Shown here: positions 39,629 to 49,137 of the stretch, piece by piece
Layout: each line of letters opens with the position of its first letter
Position numbering within the stretch: the stretch's first letter is position 1
Source: Vicinamibacteria bacterium
Lineage (GTDB): Bacteria > Acidobacteriota > Vicinamibacteria > Marinacidobacterales > Marinacidobacteraceae
Reading direction: 5' to 3'
NCBI GenBank assembly: GCA_964291235.2
Contig: OZ219816.1
Coordinates: forward strand, 1,536,001-1,600,000
DNA: 64,000 nucleotides
Notes under the pieces: model-generated
Told to the model about the DNA's origin: nothing
Database searches by the model: none
What the model saw: only the letters and a program-made list of their open reading frames with translations
Translations under genes and position numbers: made by a program

Positions 39629-39834
39629 AGGAGCGCCGGCCTCCGGCCGGCATCGCGGCCGTAGGCCGCGAAACTCCCCGACTCGATCATCCCCGATGGC
39701 GCCAACCCAAACGAGGACGGCTCCTCCGCGGCGGGGACTTCGCCGTCACGGATTGGGTCCGGGCGGTGGGGAAGATCAGGTTTGGGAGTTTCGCTCCGCT
39801 GCGCGGAGCGATGCCGGCCGGAGGCCGGCGTTCC
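39629..39834. repeat. REPIN (inverted REP pair) between convergent genes
   Basis: GGAGCGCCGGCCTCCGGCCGGCATCGC ... GCGATGCCGGCCGGAGGCCGGCGTTCC with inner GCGAAACTCCC/GGGAGTTTCGC. Confidence 0.85.
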
Positions 39835-39849
39835 GGCCCTGACGCCGCA

Positions 39850-42288
39850 CTACTGCAGGAACTCCCGTAGCCGCGCGCGGGCCAGCGTGAAGCGCTCGAG
39901 GATGCGGGGTACCGGAGTGTCCCCGTAGCGCTCGCGAACCTCGGCCTCGGAGAGGTCGAGGGCGCGGAGGAGATCGCGCGCCGCGGCATCGGCGGCCACC
40001 GGGTCGTAGCTGCCCACCTCCCCAACCCAGACGGGGGAGGTCTGTGCGAAGACCGAACCGTTCATGCCGGGCCAGCTCTCCTCGCCGCCGTGGGCCCGGG
40101 CCGCGACCCACCCCCCGGCGGGTAGCGGCAGCGTCCCGCTCAGCTCGCGGACGCCGGGCTCGGCGAGGCCGGCCACGGTTTCCACCACCTCCCCATTCAC
40201 GATCAGATCCACCTGCCCCACCGGTCCAGTATGAGCGAGCGTCAGGGTCCAGGCAGCCTCTCCGGCCGCTGTCACCGCGCCGCCCGGACGCTCACCCCCC
40301 AGCCGGAAGTCCAGAAGCGGCCCGGTGGTCACGAAGCTCTTCCCCGCCTTGAGAGCCTCCAGATACGGCCCGATCCGGAAGGGTCCCGGCACGTGGACAT
40401 AGATCCGTGTCGTGCCGACCGCCATCGTCCGGTGGTAGTCGAGCATGACGTCGGTCCCGGCGGAGGCCGCAAGCGGTACCCCGAGGTTCAGGAACCGGTG
40501 CCAGAGGTCGGCGGTGCCGAACTCGTTCGTCCACAGGCACGCCACCTCCAGGGTGTCGAGATCGCCGAGGAGTGCGTCCGGAATCACGCTGATCGGAATG
40601 GCGCCCAATCCGGCCTCGCTGCCAAAGGGATCCGGGTGCGACACCGGGTGCATGTAGGCGCTCACCCCTCCCTGGCTTCTTGAATGAGCCAGGGCCTCGA
40701 GGTTCGGGCGATCGTCGGCTTCGTAGACGGGATAGCCCGGGCCCCAGAACCAGGGCCAGAACGTGCTCTCGATGCCGATCAGGCCCAGGTGCCCCAGAAA
40801 ATGGGACCGGATCTCCTGACCGAACAGGACCGCCGGCACGTCGTCCACGCGCCGGTCCGCGAAGAACTCGGTGTCGTTCCGGCGGTGGTGGAGGTTCGCC
40901 ATCAGGGGGGTGCCGAGGTCCATGTCCTCGCCCGCGAGCAGCAGTTCCAGGTCGTCTGGCGAAAGCCGGGTCACGCCGCCGTAGTTGAGGTGGAAGTGGT
41001 GATCGGCCGAGCGATACCCCGCCGCCCGGGCATCCCAGAGGGGTTCGAACACCAGCTCGGCCTCGGCGGTTTGCCCCGGAGTGACCGGGACCGAAGCGGA
41101 CGCCGGCATGCTTCCGAAACCATGGGTCGCGGTGATTCGCACTTCACCCGGCCCGGCCACCGGCATCTCGACCTCCACGACTCCGGGCGTGTAGGAATAG
41201 ATCCGGCCGTGCCTCCCGTCGAAGCGCGGGAAGACTCCGGGGACCACCGCCGGATGCCCACCCGGGTCAACGACCTCGAGGCGCGCTGCGACCGGCGACG
41301 AATCCCCCGCTTTCCGCGTGGTGATCCGGACCCGCGCCAGCGGCATTCCGAAGTCCCAGCCGCGAATGGGGATGTCCTCCACCGGGCCGCCCCGGGTGCT
41401 GATCTTCCGGAGCCGGAACCGTTCCGAATCGTCGGCTTCCGTATAGATGACGTGCCCGCCGTCGGCGGTGAACGCCGGCGTCAGCGGAAGTCCGCGAGCC
41501 GCCACCAACTCTATCGGGTCCCCCTTCGCCGGATCCAGCAGCATCAGCCGGTAGCCGTCGCCTCCGTCGCCCGCCGGCCAGTTCAGCGCCAGGAATGCAT
41601 CCTCCCGAGCGCCCCCGGGCCGAGCCTGCGACGCGATGGATTCGGCCCGCAGCGACCGTTCGGAGCCGTCGGCGGCCCGCACGATGACCGCGTCCGAGGA
41701 GGACCGGCCCTTCGACAGGTAGGCGAGCGATCCGTCCGGCAGCGGCTGCGGCCGCACCTCCAGGCCGCGCCCGTCGGTGACGCGCGCGGGTTCGCCGGTT
41801 TCGAGCGTCAGCCGCCAGATGTCGAGGTCGCCCTCGGTGGCGGCGCTGAAATAGAGCGTCTCTCCGTCCGGCGCCCACGCCGGGTCGAGCACGATCGAAT
41901 CGTCCTCGAAGAGCAGCATCTCCTCCCCGGTCGCGATGTCGAGTGACCAGATGGTGAGCCGCTCGCTGTCATCGCGGAGGAAGGCGAGCCTGCCGCCGTC
42001 CGGATGCCACGCGGGGCGGCTATCGACGTGTTGGCCGCTGGTCACCCGGCGGGCCACCCCGGTTTCCGGATCCAGCAGCCAGATCCAGCCGCGGGCGGCG
42101 ATGGCGATGGTGGTTCCGTCCGGAGAGGGCGCCGGATCCGTCGGCCCCGCCGCCAGCATCGGCAGCTCGAATCCCTCCACGTAAACGTGGTGGGAATACT
42201 CCTCGAGCTTCGGGTAGCGGTTCGTCCACTGCGCGGAGACGGCCCCCGGGATGAGAGCAAGGAGGGCGGAAAACGCAATCAGTCGCAT
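39850..42288 (-). CDS. CehA/McbA-type (PHP-like) metallohydrolase with N-terminal PD40/TolB propeller
   Basis: Signal peptide, PAPSPDG/PAWHPDG/PAWAPDG repeats, ADHHFH, GHL, AGTD, GKSFVTTGP. Confidence 0.8.
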   Translation of the reverse strand: MRLIAFSALLALIPGAVSAQWTNRYPKLEEYSHHVYVEGFELPMLAAGPTDPAPSPDGTTIAIAARGWIWLLDPETGVARRVTSGQHVDSRPAWHPDGGRLAFLRDDSERLTIWSLDIATGEEMLLFEDDSIVLDPAWAPDGETLYFSAATEGDLDIWRLTLETGEPARVTDGRGLEVRPQPLPDGSLAYLSKGRSSSDAVIVRAADGSERSLRAESIASQARPGGAREDAFLALNWPAGDGGDGYRLMLLDPAKGDPIELVAARGLPLTPAFTADGGHVIYTEADDSERFRLRKISTRGGPVEDIPIRGWDFGMPLARVRITTRKAGDSSPVAARLEVVDPGGHPAVVPGVFPRFDGRHGRIYSYTPGVVEVEMPVAGPGEVRITATHGFGSMPASASVPVTPGQTAEAELVFEPLWDARAAGYRSADHHFHLNYGGVTRLSPDDLELLLAGEDMDLGTPLMANLHHRRNDTEFFADRRVDDVPAVLFGQEIRSHFLGHLGLIGIESTFWPWFWGPGYPVYEADDRPNLEALAHSRSQGGVSAYMHPVSHPDPFGSEAGLGAIPISVIPDALLGDLDTLEVACLWTNEFGTADLWHRFLNLGVPLAASAGTDVMLDYHRTMAVGTTRIYVHVPGPFRIGPYLEALKAGKSFVTTGPLLDFRLGGERPGGAVTAAGEAAWTLTLAHTGPVGQVDLIVNGEVVETVAGLAEPGVRELSGTLPLPAGGWVAARAHGGEESWPGMNGSVFAQTSPVWVGEVGSYDPVAADAAARDLLRALDLSEAEVRERYGDTPVPRILERFTLARARLREFLQ

Positions 42289-42311
42289 CGAATCACCTTG
42301 GGGGGCTGGGT

Positions 42312-42497
42312 TAACAGCCTGTGGCAAAACCCCCGCGGCGTTCAAGCGGCGATGCATCCCGTCTGAACCGCGCCGCTGTGCGGCGCTCATCGTTGCGTTT
42401 CGGTCGAAATACACCCGGTATTCCTCCCTCACGCGCCTTGTCAGCCGGGCGCCTCGCCGGCTCTCGGCGCTCACGCGGGTTTCACCACAGGCTGTTA
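42312..42497. mobile_element. MITE with terminal inverted repeats, TA-flanked
   Basis: TAACAGCCTGTGG ... CCACAGGCTGTTA (13-bp perfect IR with imperfect extension), no convincing coding region inside. Confidence 0.75.
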
Positions 42498-43274
42498 GGC
42501 GGCCCGTGAAGGCCGCTTCTGGTGGGCTACCGGAACGTCGGTCACGAACATGAAACCCGGCGCGTGGGAAATCATCAGGTCCGGACGGGCATTTCGGCAG
42601 GCGACCTGCGACGTCACCCCACAGGCCCAAAAGACCGGCGTCTCTCCCGCAAGGAGACCGCCCTCTTCTCCCCAGTCGGGACGGGCCAGATCACCGATCC
42701 CGAGAGCCGCCGGATCGCCGACGTGAATCGGCGCGCCGTGCGCGAGCGGCTGTTCGGCACTGATCCGGATCGCCTCGTCCACCCGGGACTCCGGAATCGG
42801 GCGCATGGTGACCACCAGACGGCCGCGGAACGGCCCCGCCGGTTCGCATTCCCGGTCCGTGAGGTACATGGGCACCACCCGTCCCTCGTCCTGATGCCGC
42901 AGCCGGATACCGGCTTCCACGAGGCCCGCCTCGAAGCCGAAGCTGCAACCGAGCAAGAACGCGTGGAGATCCGCCTCCCAGACCTCGCGAACGTCGCCGG
43001 TGTCGAAGGCCGGCTCCCCGCCCCTGCTGACCCGGTACCGGGGCAGGTCGGTCCTGAGATCGGCGCCGGGCGCCAGCGAGCGCAGCACGGGACTGGCGCT
43101 GGAAAGCAGCAGCGGGCACGGGCGCGGGTTCCGCTCACAGAACAAGCGGAAGTCCTCGGCGAGGGAACGCGGCAACACCATGAGGTTCGCCTGCGCATAG
43201 CCGGGACAGGCTCCCGAGGTCGTCTCGCGGAAGTTTCCGGTCCGGCACGCGGCGCGCAGGGCGGCCGGATTCAT
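42495..43274 (-). CDS. DUF1445 / D-glutamate cyclase-like putative hydro-lyase
   Basis: QANL, RNPRPCP, DLRTDLPRY, GCSF.FE, VPMY, HGAPIH, FWACGVT.Q, HAPG.M. Confidence 0.9.
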   Translation of the reverse strand: MNPAALRAACRTGNFRETTSGACPGYAQANLMVLPRSLAEDFRLFCERNPRPCPLLLSSASPVLRSLAPGADLRTDLPRYRVSRGGEPAFDTGDVREVWEADLHAFLLGCSFGFEAGLVEAGIRLRHQDEGRVVPMYLTDRECEPAGPFRGRLVVTMRPIPESRVDEAIRISAEQPLAHGAPIHVGDPAALGIGDLARPDWGEEGGLLAGETPVFWACGVTSQVACRNARPDLMISHAPGFMFVTDVPVAHQKRPSRAA

Positions 43275-43411
43275 CACGCGTACGTCGGGGCCGAAAACGC
43301 TGCGGCACCCGAAAACAGGGGACAACTCCTGTGCATGACATCAACCTCCCGCACCAACTCTATCGGGACTCTCCACCCGCAAAACTAAGCGGCGCGCCTT
43401 GGTCCCGGGCC

Positions 43412-43510
43412 TGTTATACTGCCCCCTTCGGGCGACCCCGCGATCTCCGCGCGTTCCGGCGACATACGGACCGGAACTCGCCGGGAAGCGACGCGCCCGA
43501 AATTTTTTTA
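43412..43510 (+). promoter_or_regulatory. Extended -10 promoter and structured leader of the rplM operon
   Basis: TGTTATACT at 43412-43420. Long stem TTCGGGCG/CGCCCGAA with inner GTTCCGG/CCGGAAC, followed by a T-run. Confidence 0.5.
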
Positions 43511-43568
43511 CTCTGGAATCAAAAGTCACCCGCAGTCTCACCCCGATCCGACCTCTGTCCTCAGCATC

Positions 43569-44027
43569 TTGTCCCGTTCGGCAGGCACGACGTTCGCACG
43601 CGCCGGAGAAATCAGGCGCCGCTGGTTTGTGGTGGACGCGGAAGATCAGGCCCTCGGCCGCCTCGCCAGCCGGGTGGCGCGCGTGCTGATCGGCAAGCAC
43701 AAGCCATCCTGGACCCCGTTTCTCGACTGCGGCGACCATGTGATCGTGCTCAACGCCGCTCGGGTCCGGCTCACCGGCCGCAAGGAAGAACAGAAGATGT
43801 ACCACCGGACGAGTGGACGACCCGGCGGCCTCAAGTCGAGAACCGCCGCTCAGGTCCGCAGCGCGCACCCTGAGCGCCTGGTCGAGAGCGCGGTGCGGGG
43901 AATGCTGCCCAAAGGCAGCCTCGGGCGTTCGCAGTTCACCAAGCTGAAGGTGTACTCCGGCGGCGACCACCCGCACTCGGCTCAACAGCCGGAACCCCTT
44001 CCGGCCCAACTCGGCCCGTCATCCTGA
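43569..44027 (+). CDS. rplM: 50S ribosomal protein L13
   Basis: WFVVDA, LGRLAS, GKHKP, DCGD, AVRGMLPK, HPHSAQQP. Confidence 0.97.
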   Translation: MSRSAGTTFARAGEIRRRWFVVDAEDQALGRLASRVARVLIGKHKPSWTPFLDCGDHVIVLNAARVRLTGRKEEQKMYHRTSGRPGGLKSRTAAQVRSAHPERLVESAVRGMLPKGSLGRSQFTKLKVYSGGDHPHSAQQPEPLPAQLGPSS

Positions 44028-44419
44028 TGTCAGAACCCCTCGCCTACGGGACCGGCAAGCGGAAGTGCTCCATCGCGCGGGTGTACCTGCGGAGCGGTTC
44101 CGGCCAGATCCTCGTGAATCAACGTCCCCTCTCGGAGTATTTCCCGAGAGACACGTACCAGAACTGGGTCACCCAGCCGCTGCTCGCCACCGACCAGGGC
44201 TCGGCGGTGGACGTGGACGCCCGGGTCAAGGGCGGAGGACTCTCCGGCCAGGCAGCGGCGGTTCGCCTCGGGATTGCCCGAGCGTTGAGTGACAACGATG
44301 GGCGGCTTCGGCCGGAACTGAAGCGTCGCGGCTTCCTGACCAGGGATGCGAGACGCAAGGAGCGCAAGAAGTACGGGCAGCCGGGAGCCCGGAAGCGCTT
44401 CCAGTATTCCAAGCGCTGA
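44027..44419 (+). CDS. rpsI: 30S ribosomal protein S9
   Basis: GTGKRK, GGGLSGQA, ERKKYG..GARKRFQYSKR. Confidence 0.98.
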   Translation: MSEPLAYGTGKRKCSIARVYLRSGSGQILVNQRPLSEYFPRDTYQNWVTQPLLATDQGSAVDVDARVKGGGLSGQAAAVRLGIARALSDNDGRLRPELKRRGFLTRDARRKERKKYGQPGARKRFQYSKR

Positions 44420-44479
44420 CGATGGCTCACCTGGTGCTCCCCGGCCTCTGCTGGCGGGCTGTTGCCTGTCGCTAGTCCA

Positions 44480-45421
44480 ATGCCCACGACCGTAACGATG
44501 CGGGACCTGCTTGAGGCAGGCCTTCATTTCGGCCATGAGACCAAGTGGTGGAACCCGCGGATGCGGCCGTACATCTACGGCTCCCGCAGCGGGATCCACA
44601 TCGTGGATCTCAACCAGACCCTGCCCCTCTTCCGCGACGCTCTCAACTTCATTTCGAAGCTCGGAGCCGAGGGCAAGACCATCCTGTTTGTCGGCACCAA
44701 GCGCCAGGCGCAGGAGGTCGTTGCCTCGGAAGCTGCCCGGGTGGAGGCGTTCTATGTGAACCACCGGTGGCTCGGTGGACTTCTCACCAACTTCCAGACC
44801 ATCCGCAAGAGCATCGCCAAGTTCCAGGAACTTCGGGAGATCACCGAGAACGCCGATCAAGGCGGCTTCTCGAACAAGGCATGGTCCCGCCTCGACAAAC
44901 GCCGGCGGCGCATGGAAAAGACGCTGAGCGGCATCGAGAAGATGGACCGGCTGCCGGACGCCGTCTGCATCGTGGATCCCAAGAACGAGATGATCGCCGT
45001 CCAGGAGGCGAGGAAGCTCGGAATCCCGATCGTTGCGATTGTGGACACCGATTGTGACCCCGACCTCATCGACTACGTGATTCCGGGCAACGACGACGCC
45101 CTGCGGGCGATTCGCCTGTTCACCCAGCGCATCGCGAACGCGTTCGAGGATGGCCGGCAGCTTCGCGGCCTGGCCTCCTTCGGAGCCGATTCCGATGGAA
45201 CCGCAGCCGTCGAGGCGGCGGGCGCTCCGGCGGGTGCCGTCGAAAACGCTCCGGATGGAGCGAGGCCGGCTCCCGCCAGTGCCGGGACCAGCGCTCCGGC
45301 CACGCCCACGGAAGCCTCCGGCGGACGCGAGGCCGATGGCGCCGCGCCGGAAGCGGCCGAGCCCGTGGGCGCCGTCGCCAGTTCCGATTCCGAGAAACCG
45401 GCGCCAGCCCCCACGGGCTGA
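44480..45421 (+). CDS. rpsB: 30S ribosomal protein S2 with long Ala/Glu tail
   Basis: LLEAGLHFGH, WNPRM, FVGTK, RWLGGLLTN, IPGNDD. Confidence 0.97.
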   Translation: MPTTVTMRDLLEAGLHFGHETKWWNPRMRPYIYGSRSGIHIVDLNQTLPLFRDALNFISKLGAEGKTILFVGTKRQAQEVVASEAARVEAFYVNHRWLGGLLTNFQTIRKSIAKFQELREITENADQGGFSNKAWSRLDKRRRRMEKTLSGIEKMDRLPDAVCIVDPKNEMIAVQEARKLGIPIVAIVDTDCDPDLIDYVIPGNDDALRAIRLFTQRIANAFEDGRQLRGLASFGADSDGTAAVEAAGAPAGAVENAPDGARPAPASAGTSAPATPTEASGGREADGAAPEAAEPVGAVASSDSEKPAPAPTG

Positions 45422-45484
45422 CCGGACCTTCTCGAACCCCAACGCCGCCGGCCGGTACCGCCGGCCTCAACAGGAGATTGCGTA

Positions 45485-46111
45485 ATGCCCGCTTTCAGCG
45501 CCCAGGACGTCAAGAAGCTCCGGGACCAGACCGGAGCCGGTTTCGCCGACTGCAAGAAGGCGCTGACGGACGCGGACGGCGATTTCGACAAGGCAATCCG
45601 GTTGCTGCGGGAGAAGGGCGCGGCGGCTGCGGAGCGGCGTGCCGGCCGGGCGACCAGCGAGGGACTGATCCACGCGTACATCCACGACCACCGGATCGGG
45701 GTGATGGTCGAGTTGTCGTGCGAGACCGATTTCGTTGCCCGGAACCAGACATTTCGGGACCTCGCGAACGACGTGGCGATCCACATTGCCTGCGCCTACC
45801 CGGCCCTCGCACGGTGGGTTCGGCGCGAGGACGTGCCCGAAGCCGTCATTGCCGATGAGACCGAACTCATCCACGCGCAGTTGGCGCAGGATCCGAAGAA
45901 CGCCAACAAGCCGCCCGCGGTGGTGGAGCGCATCGTCGCCGGGAAGCTGGACCGGTTCCTTTCCGAGCGGGTGCTGCTCGAGCAACTCTACGCCCTCGAC
46001 GACTCCAAGAAGACCCGCGTTCAGGACCGGGTCCTGGAAGCCGCGCAGGCCATCAAGGAGAACATCCAGGTTCGGCGATTCGTCCGCTTCGAACGCGGCG
46101 AACAGATTTAG
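45485..46111 (+). CDS. tsf: Elongation factor Ts (short form)
   Basis: [36 protein letters not shown]. Confidence 0.96.
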   Translation: MPAFSAQDVKKLRDQTGAGFADCKKALTDADGDFDKAIRLLREKGAAAAERRAGRATSEGLIHAYIHDHRIGVMVELSCETDFVARNQTFRDLANDVAIHIACAYPALARWVRREDVPEAVIADETELIHAQLAQDPKNANKPPAVVERIVAGKLDRFLSERVLLEQLYALDDSKKTRVQDRVLEAAQAIKENIQVRRFVRFERGEQI

Positions 46112-46224
46112 CGGTTTACACCGCGTTCGTCCGGGTACCATGGCGCCACTCGGACAGGCTGGAGACGCGCGCTGGTCGCGCGGACCCGGGCGGCCGACCC
46201 TTGAGATCCCATGACGGGCGTCAG

Positions 46225-46947
46225 ATGACCGGACCAAAACGGGTTCTGCTCAAGCTGTCGGGCCAGACGCTCAAGGGCGAAGAGCATGCCGGCATCTCCC
46301 GGGGAGAAGTCGAGCGGATGGCGCGGCTGATCGCGGCGGTGCACGAAGACGGCATCGAAGCGGCGTGTGTGATCGGCGGTGGCAACATCTTTCGCGGCCT
46401 CGGCGCCGAGACCCGGGGCATGGACCGGGTCACCGCGGATTCCATGGGCATGCTCGCCACCCTGATCAACGCGTTGGCGATCCAGGAAGCGCTCGAAAAA
46501 CTCGGCCGCCACACGCGGCTGATGTCCGCGATCACCGTCCGTCAGGTCGCCGAACCCTTCATTCGTCGCCGGGCGCTCCGGCATTTGGAGAAGGGCCGCA
46601 TCGTTCTCTTCGCGGCGGGCACCGGGAATCCCTATTTCTCGACCGACACCGCCGCGGCGCTCCGCGCCAACGAGGTTCGGGCGGACGTGCTCATCAAGGC
46701 CACCCGGGTGCGGGGGGTGTTCACTTCAGACCCGGAAAAGGACCCTGCGGCGCGTCCGATCCGCCGCCTGACCTATCTCGCGGCAATCCGCCAGGAACTC
46801 CGCTTCATGGATACGACTGCGATTTCCCTCTGCATGGAGAACGACCTCCCGATCGTGGTGTGTCACCAGGACGACATTCTCGAAGCGGCGCGAGGCGCCG
46901 ACGTCGGCACCCGGGTCGAGAAGGTGAACGGCAAGGACAACGAGTAA
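46225..46947 (+). CDS. pyrH: Uridylate kinase
   Basis: [35 protein letters not shown]. Confidence 0.97.
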   Translation: MTGPKRVLLKLSGQTLKGEEHAGISRGEVERMARLIAAVHEDGIEAACVIGGGNIFRGLGAETRGMDRVTADSMGMLATLINALAIQEALEKLGRHTRLMSAITVRQVAEPFIRRRALRHLEKGRIVLFAAGTGNPYFSTDTAAALRANEVRADVLIKATRVRGVFTSDPEKDPAARPIRRLTYLAAIRQELRFMDTTAISLCMENDLPIVVCHQDDILEAARGADVGTRVEKVNGKDNE

Positions 46948-46962
46948 GAGGAGCGGACGACG

Positions 46963-47520
46963 ATGCCCCACCCCATTCTGGATGAACTGAACCGTCGTAT
47001 GGACAAGACGGTCGAGGTGTTCGAACACGAACTCGCCTCGGTGCGAACCGGCCGGGCATCGATCGCCCTGCTCGATTCGGTCCGGGTGGACTACTACGGA
47101 CAGCTCATGCCGCTGAACCAGGTCGCCACCCTGAAGACCCCGGACGCGAGCACCATCACCGTCCAGCCGTGGGAGCGCAATCTGCTTCCCGCGGTGGACC
47201 GGGCGATCCGGGCCGCCGACCTCGACCTGAATCCGGCTTCCGACGGAACCATGCTCCGGATTCCGATTCCGCCGCTCAGCCAGGAGCGGCGCAAACAGCT
47301 CGCCAAGAGCATCAGCCGGATGGCGGAGGAACACAAGAACGCGCTCCGGCAGGTGCGGCGCGACGCCAACCAGCGCGCCAAGAAGCTGGTCAAGAACAAG
47401 GAGCTTTCGGAGGATCTTGAGCACGACCTCGAGGCCGAGGTGCAAAAGGCGACCGATGCCCACGTGAAGCGCCTCGCGGACATCGCCTCCCGCAAGGAAG
47501 CAAGCATCCTCTCCGTCTGA
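46963..47520 (+). CDS. frr: Ribosome recycling factor
   Basis: RTGRA, VDYYG, LNP, IPPLSQERRKQL, RRDAN. Confidence 0.97.
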   Translation: MPHPILDELNRRMDKTVEVFEHELASVRTGRASIALLDSVRVDYYGQLMPLNQVATLKTPDASTITVQPWERNLLPAVDRAIRAADLDLNPASDGTMLRIPIPPLSQERRKQLAKSISRMAEEHKNALRQVRRDANQRAKKLVKNKELSEDLEHDLEAEVQKATDAHVKRLADIASRKEASILSV

Positions 47521-47521
47521 A

Positions 47522-48727
47522 GTGGCTACCCCGTACTCGTTTCTGACCCACCTCGAGTGCTCGAAGACCGGGCATCACCACGACGCGTTCGCGCCCCAGA
47601 ACCTCTCGAACGAGCGGCACCCGCTGCTCGCCATCTACGACCTGGAAGCCGCCGCGGCGACGTTCACCCCGGAAGCCATCAAGGACCGGCCGTTCGACCT
47701 GTGGCGCTATCACGAAGTGCTTCCCATCCAGAAGGAACGTCACTGCGTGAAGCTCGGCGAGGGGGGAACCCCGCTGCACCCGGCCCCTACGCTGGGCGCG
47801 GAACTGGGGATTCGCGAACTCTTCATCAAGGACGAGGGGATGAATCCCACCGGGAGCTTCAAGGACCGGGGGCTCTGTCTCGCGGTCTCGGCGGCGTACC
47901 AGTTCGGGGCGCCCGGGATTGCCCTGCCCTCCGCCGGGAACGCCGGCGGGGCCGCCGCCGCCTACGCGGCCCGCGCCGGGATGCAGTGCGTGGTCGCGGT
48001 CCCGCGCGACTGCCCCGAGGTGAACCGGATCGAAGCCTCCGTGTACGGGGCCGAGGTCCACTCGATTGACGGGCTGATCTCGGACGCCGGCCGGATGATC
48101 GCGGAGCTGGCGCCGGGACGCGGACTCTTCGAGGTCGCCACCCTGAAGGAGCCCTACCGCATCGAGGGCAAGAAGACGATGGGCTACGAGGTGTTCGAGC
48201 AGCTCGGACGCCTGCCGGACGTGATCCTTTACCCCACGGGGGGCGGCACCGGCCTGATCGGGATGTGGAAGGCGTTCGACGAGATGGAGCGTCTCGGGTG
48301 GATCGGCTCCGAACGGCCCCGGATGGTCTCGGTGCAGGCGGAGGGGTGCGCCCCCATCCCGAAGGCGTTCGAGGAAGGTACGGAAGCCTCGGAAATGTGG
48401 CAGGACGCCCACACCGTGGCCTCCGGGCTCCGGGTCCCCAAGGCTCTCGGGGACTTCCTGATCCTCGCCGCGGTCCGGGAGAGCGGCGGCTCGGCCCTCG
48501 CGGTCAGCGACGAGGACCTCATGCGGGACGCCCGCCGGATCGCCGCCGCCGAGGGCATCTTCGCCGCTCCCGAGGGGGGCGCCTGCCTGACCGCGCTGCG
48601 CCGCCTCCGCGAGACGGGCGATGTGTCCGAGGACGACACCGTGGTGCTCTTCAACACCGGCACCGGCGCCAAGTACGTGGAGGCCTTCCTCGGCCCCGGC
48701 GCCGCCGCACAGCACGCGGAGCTATAG
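47522..48727 (+). CDS. thrC: Threonine synthase (PLP-dependent)
   Basis: LWRY, LGEGGTPL, NPTGSFKDRG, SAGNAG, EGKKT, PTGGG, NTG. Confidence 0.88.
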   Translation: MATPYSFLTHLECSKTGHHHDAFAPQNLSNERHPLLAIYDLEAAAATFTPEAIKDRPFDLWRYHEVLPIQKERHCVKLGEGGTPLHPAPTLGAELGIRELFIKDEGMNPTGSFKDRGLCLAVSAAYQFGAPGIALPSAGNAGGAAAAYAARAGMQCVVAVPRDCPEVNRIEASVYGAEVHSIDGLISDAGRMIAELAPGRGLFEVATLKEPYRIEGKKTMGYEVFEQLGRLPDVILYPTGGGTGLIGMWKAFDEMERLGWIGSERPRMVSVQAEGCAPIPKAFEEGTEASEMWQDAHTVASGLRVPKALGDFLILAAVRESGGSALAVSDEDLMRDARRIAAAEGIFAAPEGGACLTALRRLRETGDVSEDDTVVLFNTGTGAKYVEAFLGPGAAAQHAEL

Positions 48728-48728
48728 A

Positions 48729-48793
48729 CAGGAGCGTCAGCCAGGAGCGTCAGCCAGGAGCGCCGGCCAGGAGCGTCGGCCAGGAGCGCCGGC
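48729..48793 (+). repeat. Five tandem 13-mers CAGGAGCGYCRGC running into a REP
   Basis: Units start at 48729, 48742, 48755, 48768 and 48781. The last unit continues as the full REP. Confidence 0.9.
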
Positions 48794-49075
48794 CTCCGGC
48801 CGGCATCGCTCCGCGTAGCGGAGCGAAACTCCCAAACCTGTTCCCCCCCACGTCCCTGACCCAGTCTGTGACAGTGAAGACCGTCCGCGCAGCGGAGCGA
48901 AACTCCCATCGTCAACCCTCCCGGACGGCGCCGCGGCCCAGCAGGGTAGCGCCACTCCCACGCTCGTACGGCGACGCGCCGTCCTCGTTCGGGTTGGCGC
49001 TGTCGGGGCTGATTGGGTCTCGGAGTTACGCCCGCTACGCGGGCGAAGCCAGCCTGGAGGCTGGCGCTCCGTAGC
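48781..49075. repeat. REP-associated composite repeat
   Basis: REP plus GCGAAACTCCC twice. Internal GGCGCCGCGGCCCAGCAGGGT..GCTCGTACGGCGACGCGC is shared with 23040-23100. Confidence 0.75.
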
Positions 49076-49137
49076 GCAGGACCACTCCCCCGGGACCTCC
49101 GAAACCTGCAAGACTCCCGGCTCCGCCACGGATCCCC

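Noticed and set aside
45485-46111. Short EF-Ts as a possible truncation
   Set aside because: The ~200-aa form is an established natural variant and both termini look intact.
48729-48793. Tandem repeats as a possible CRISPR array
   Set aside because: Units are 13 bp and contiguous, with no spacers and no cas genes.
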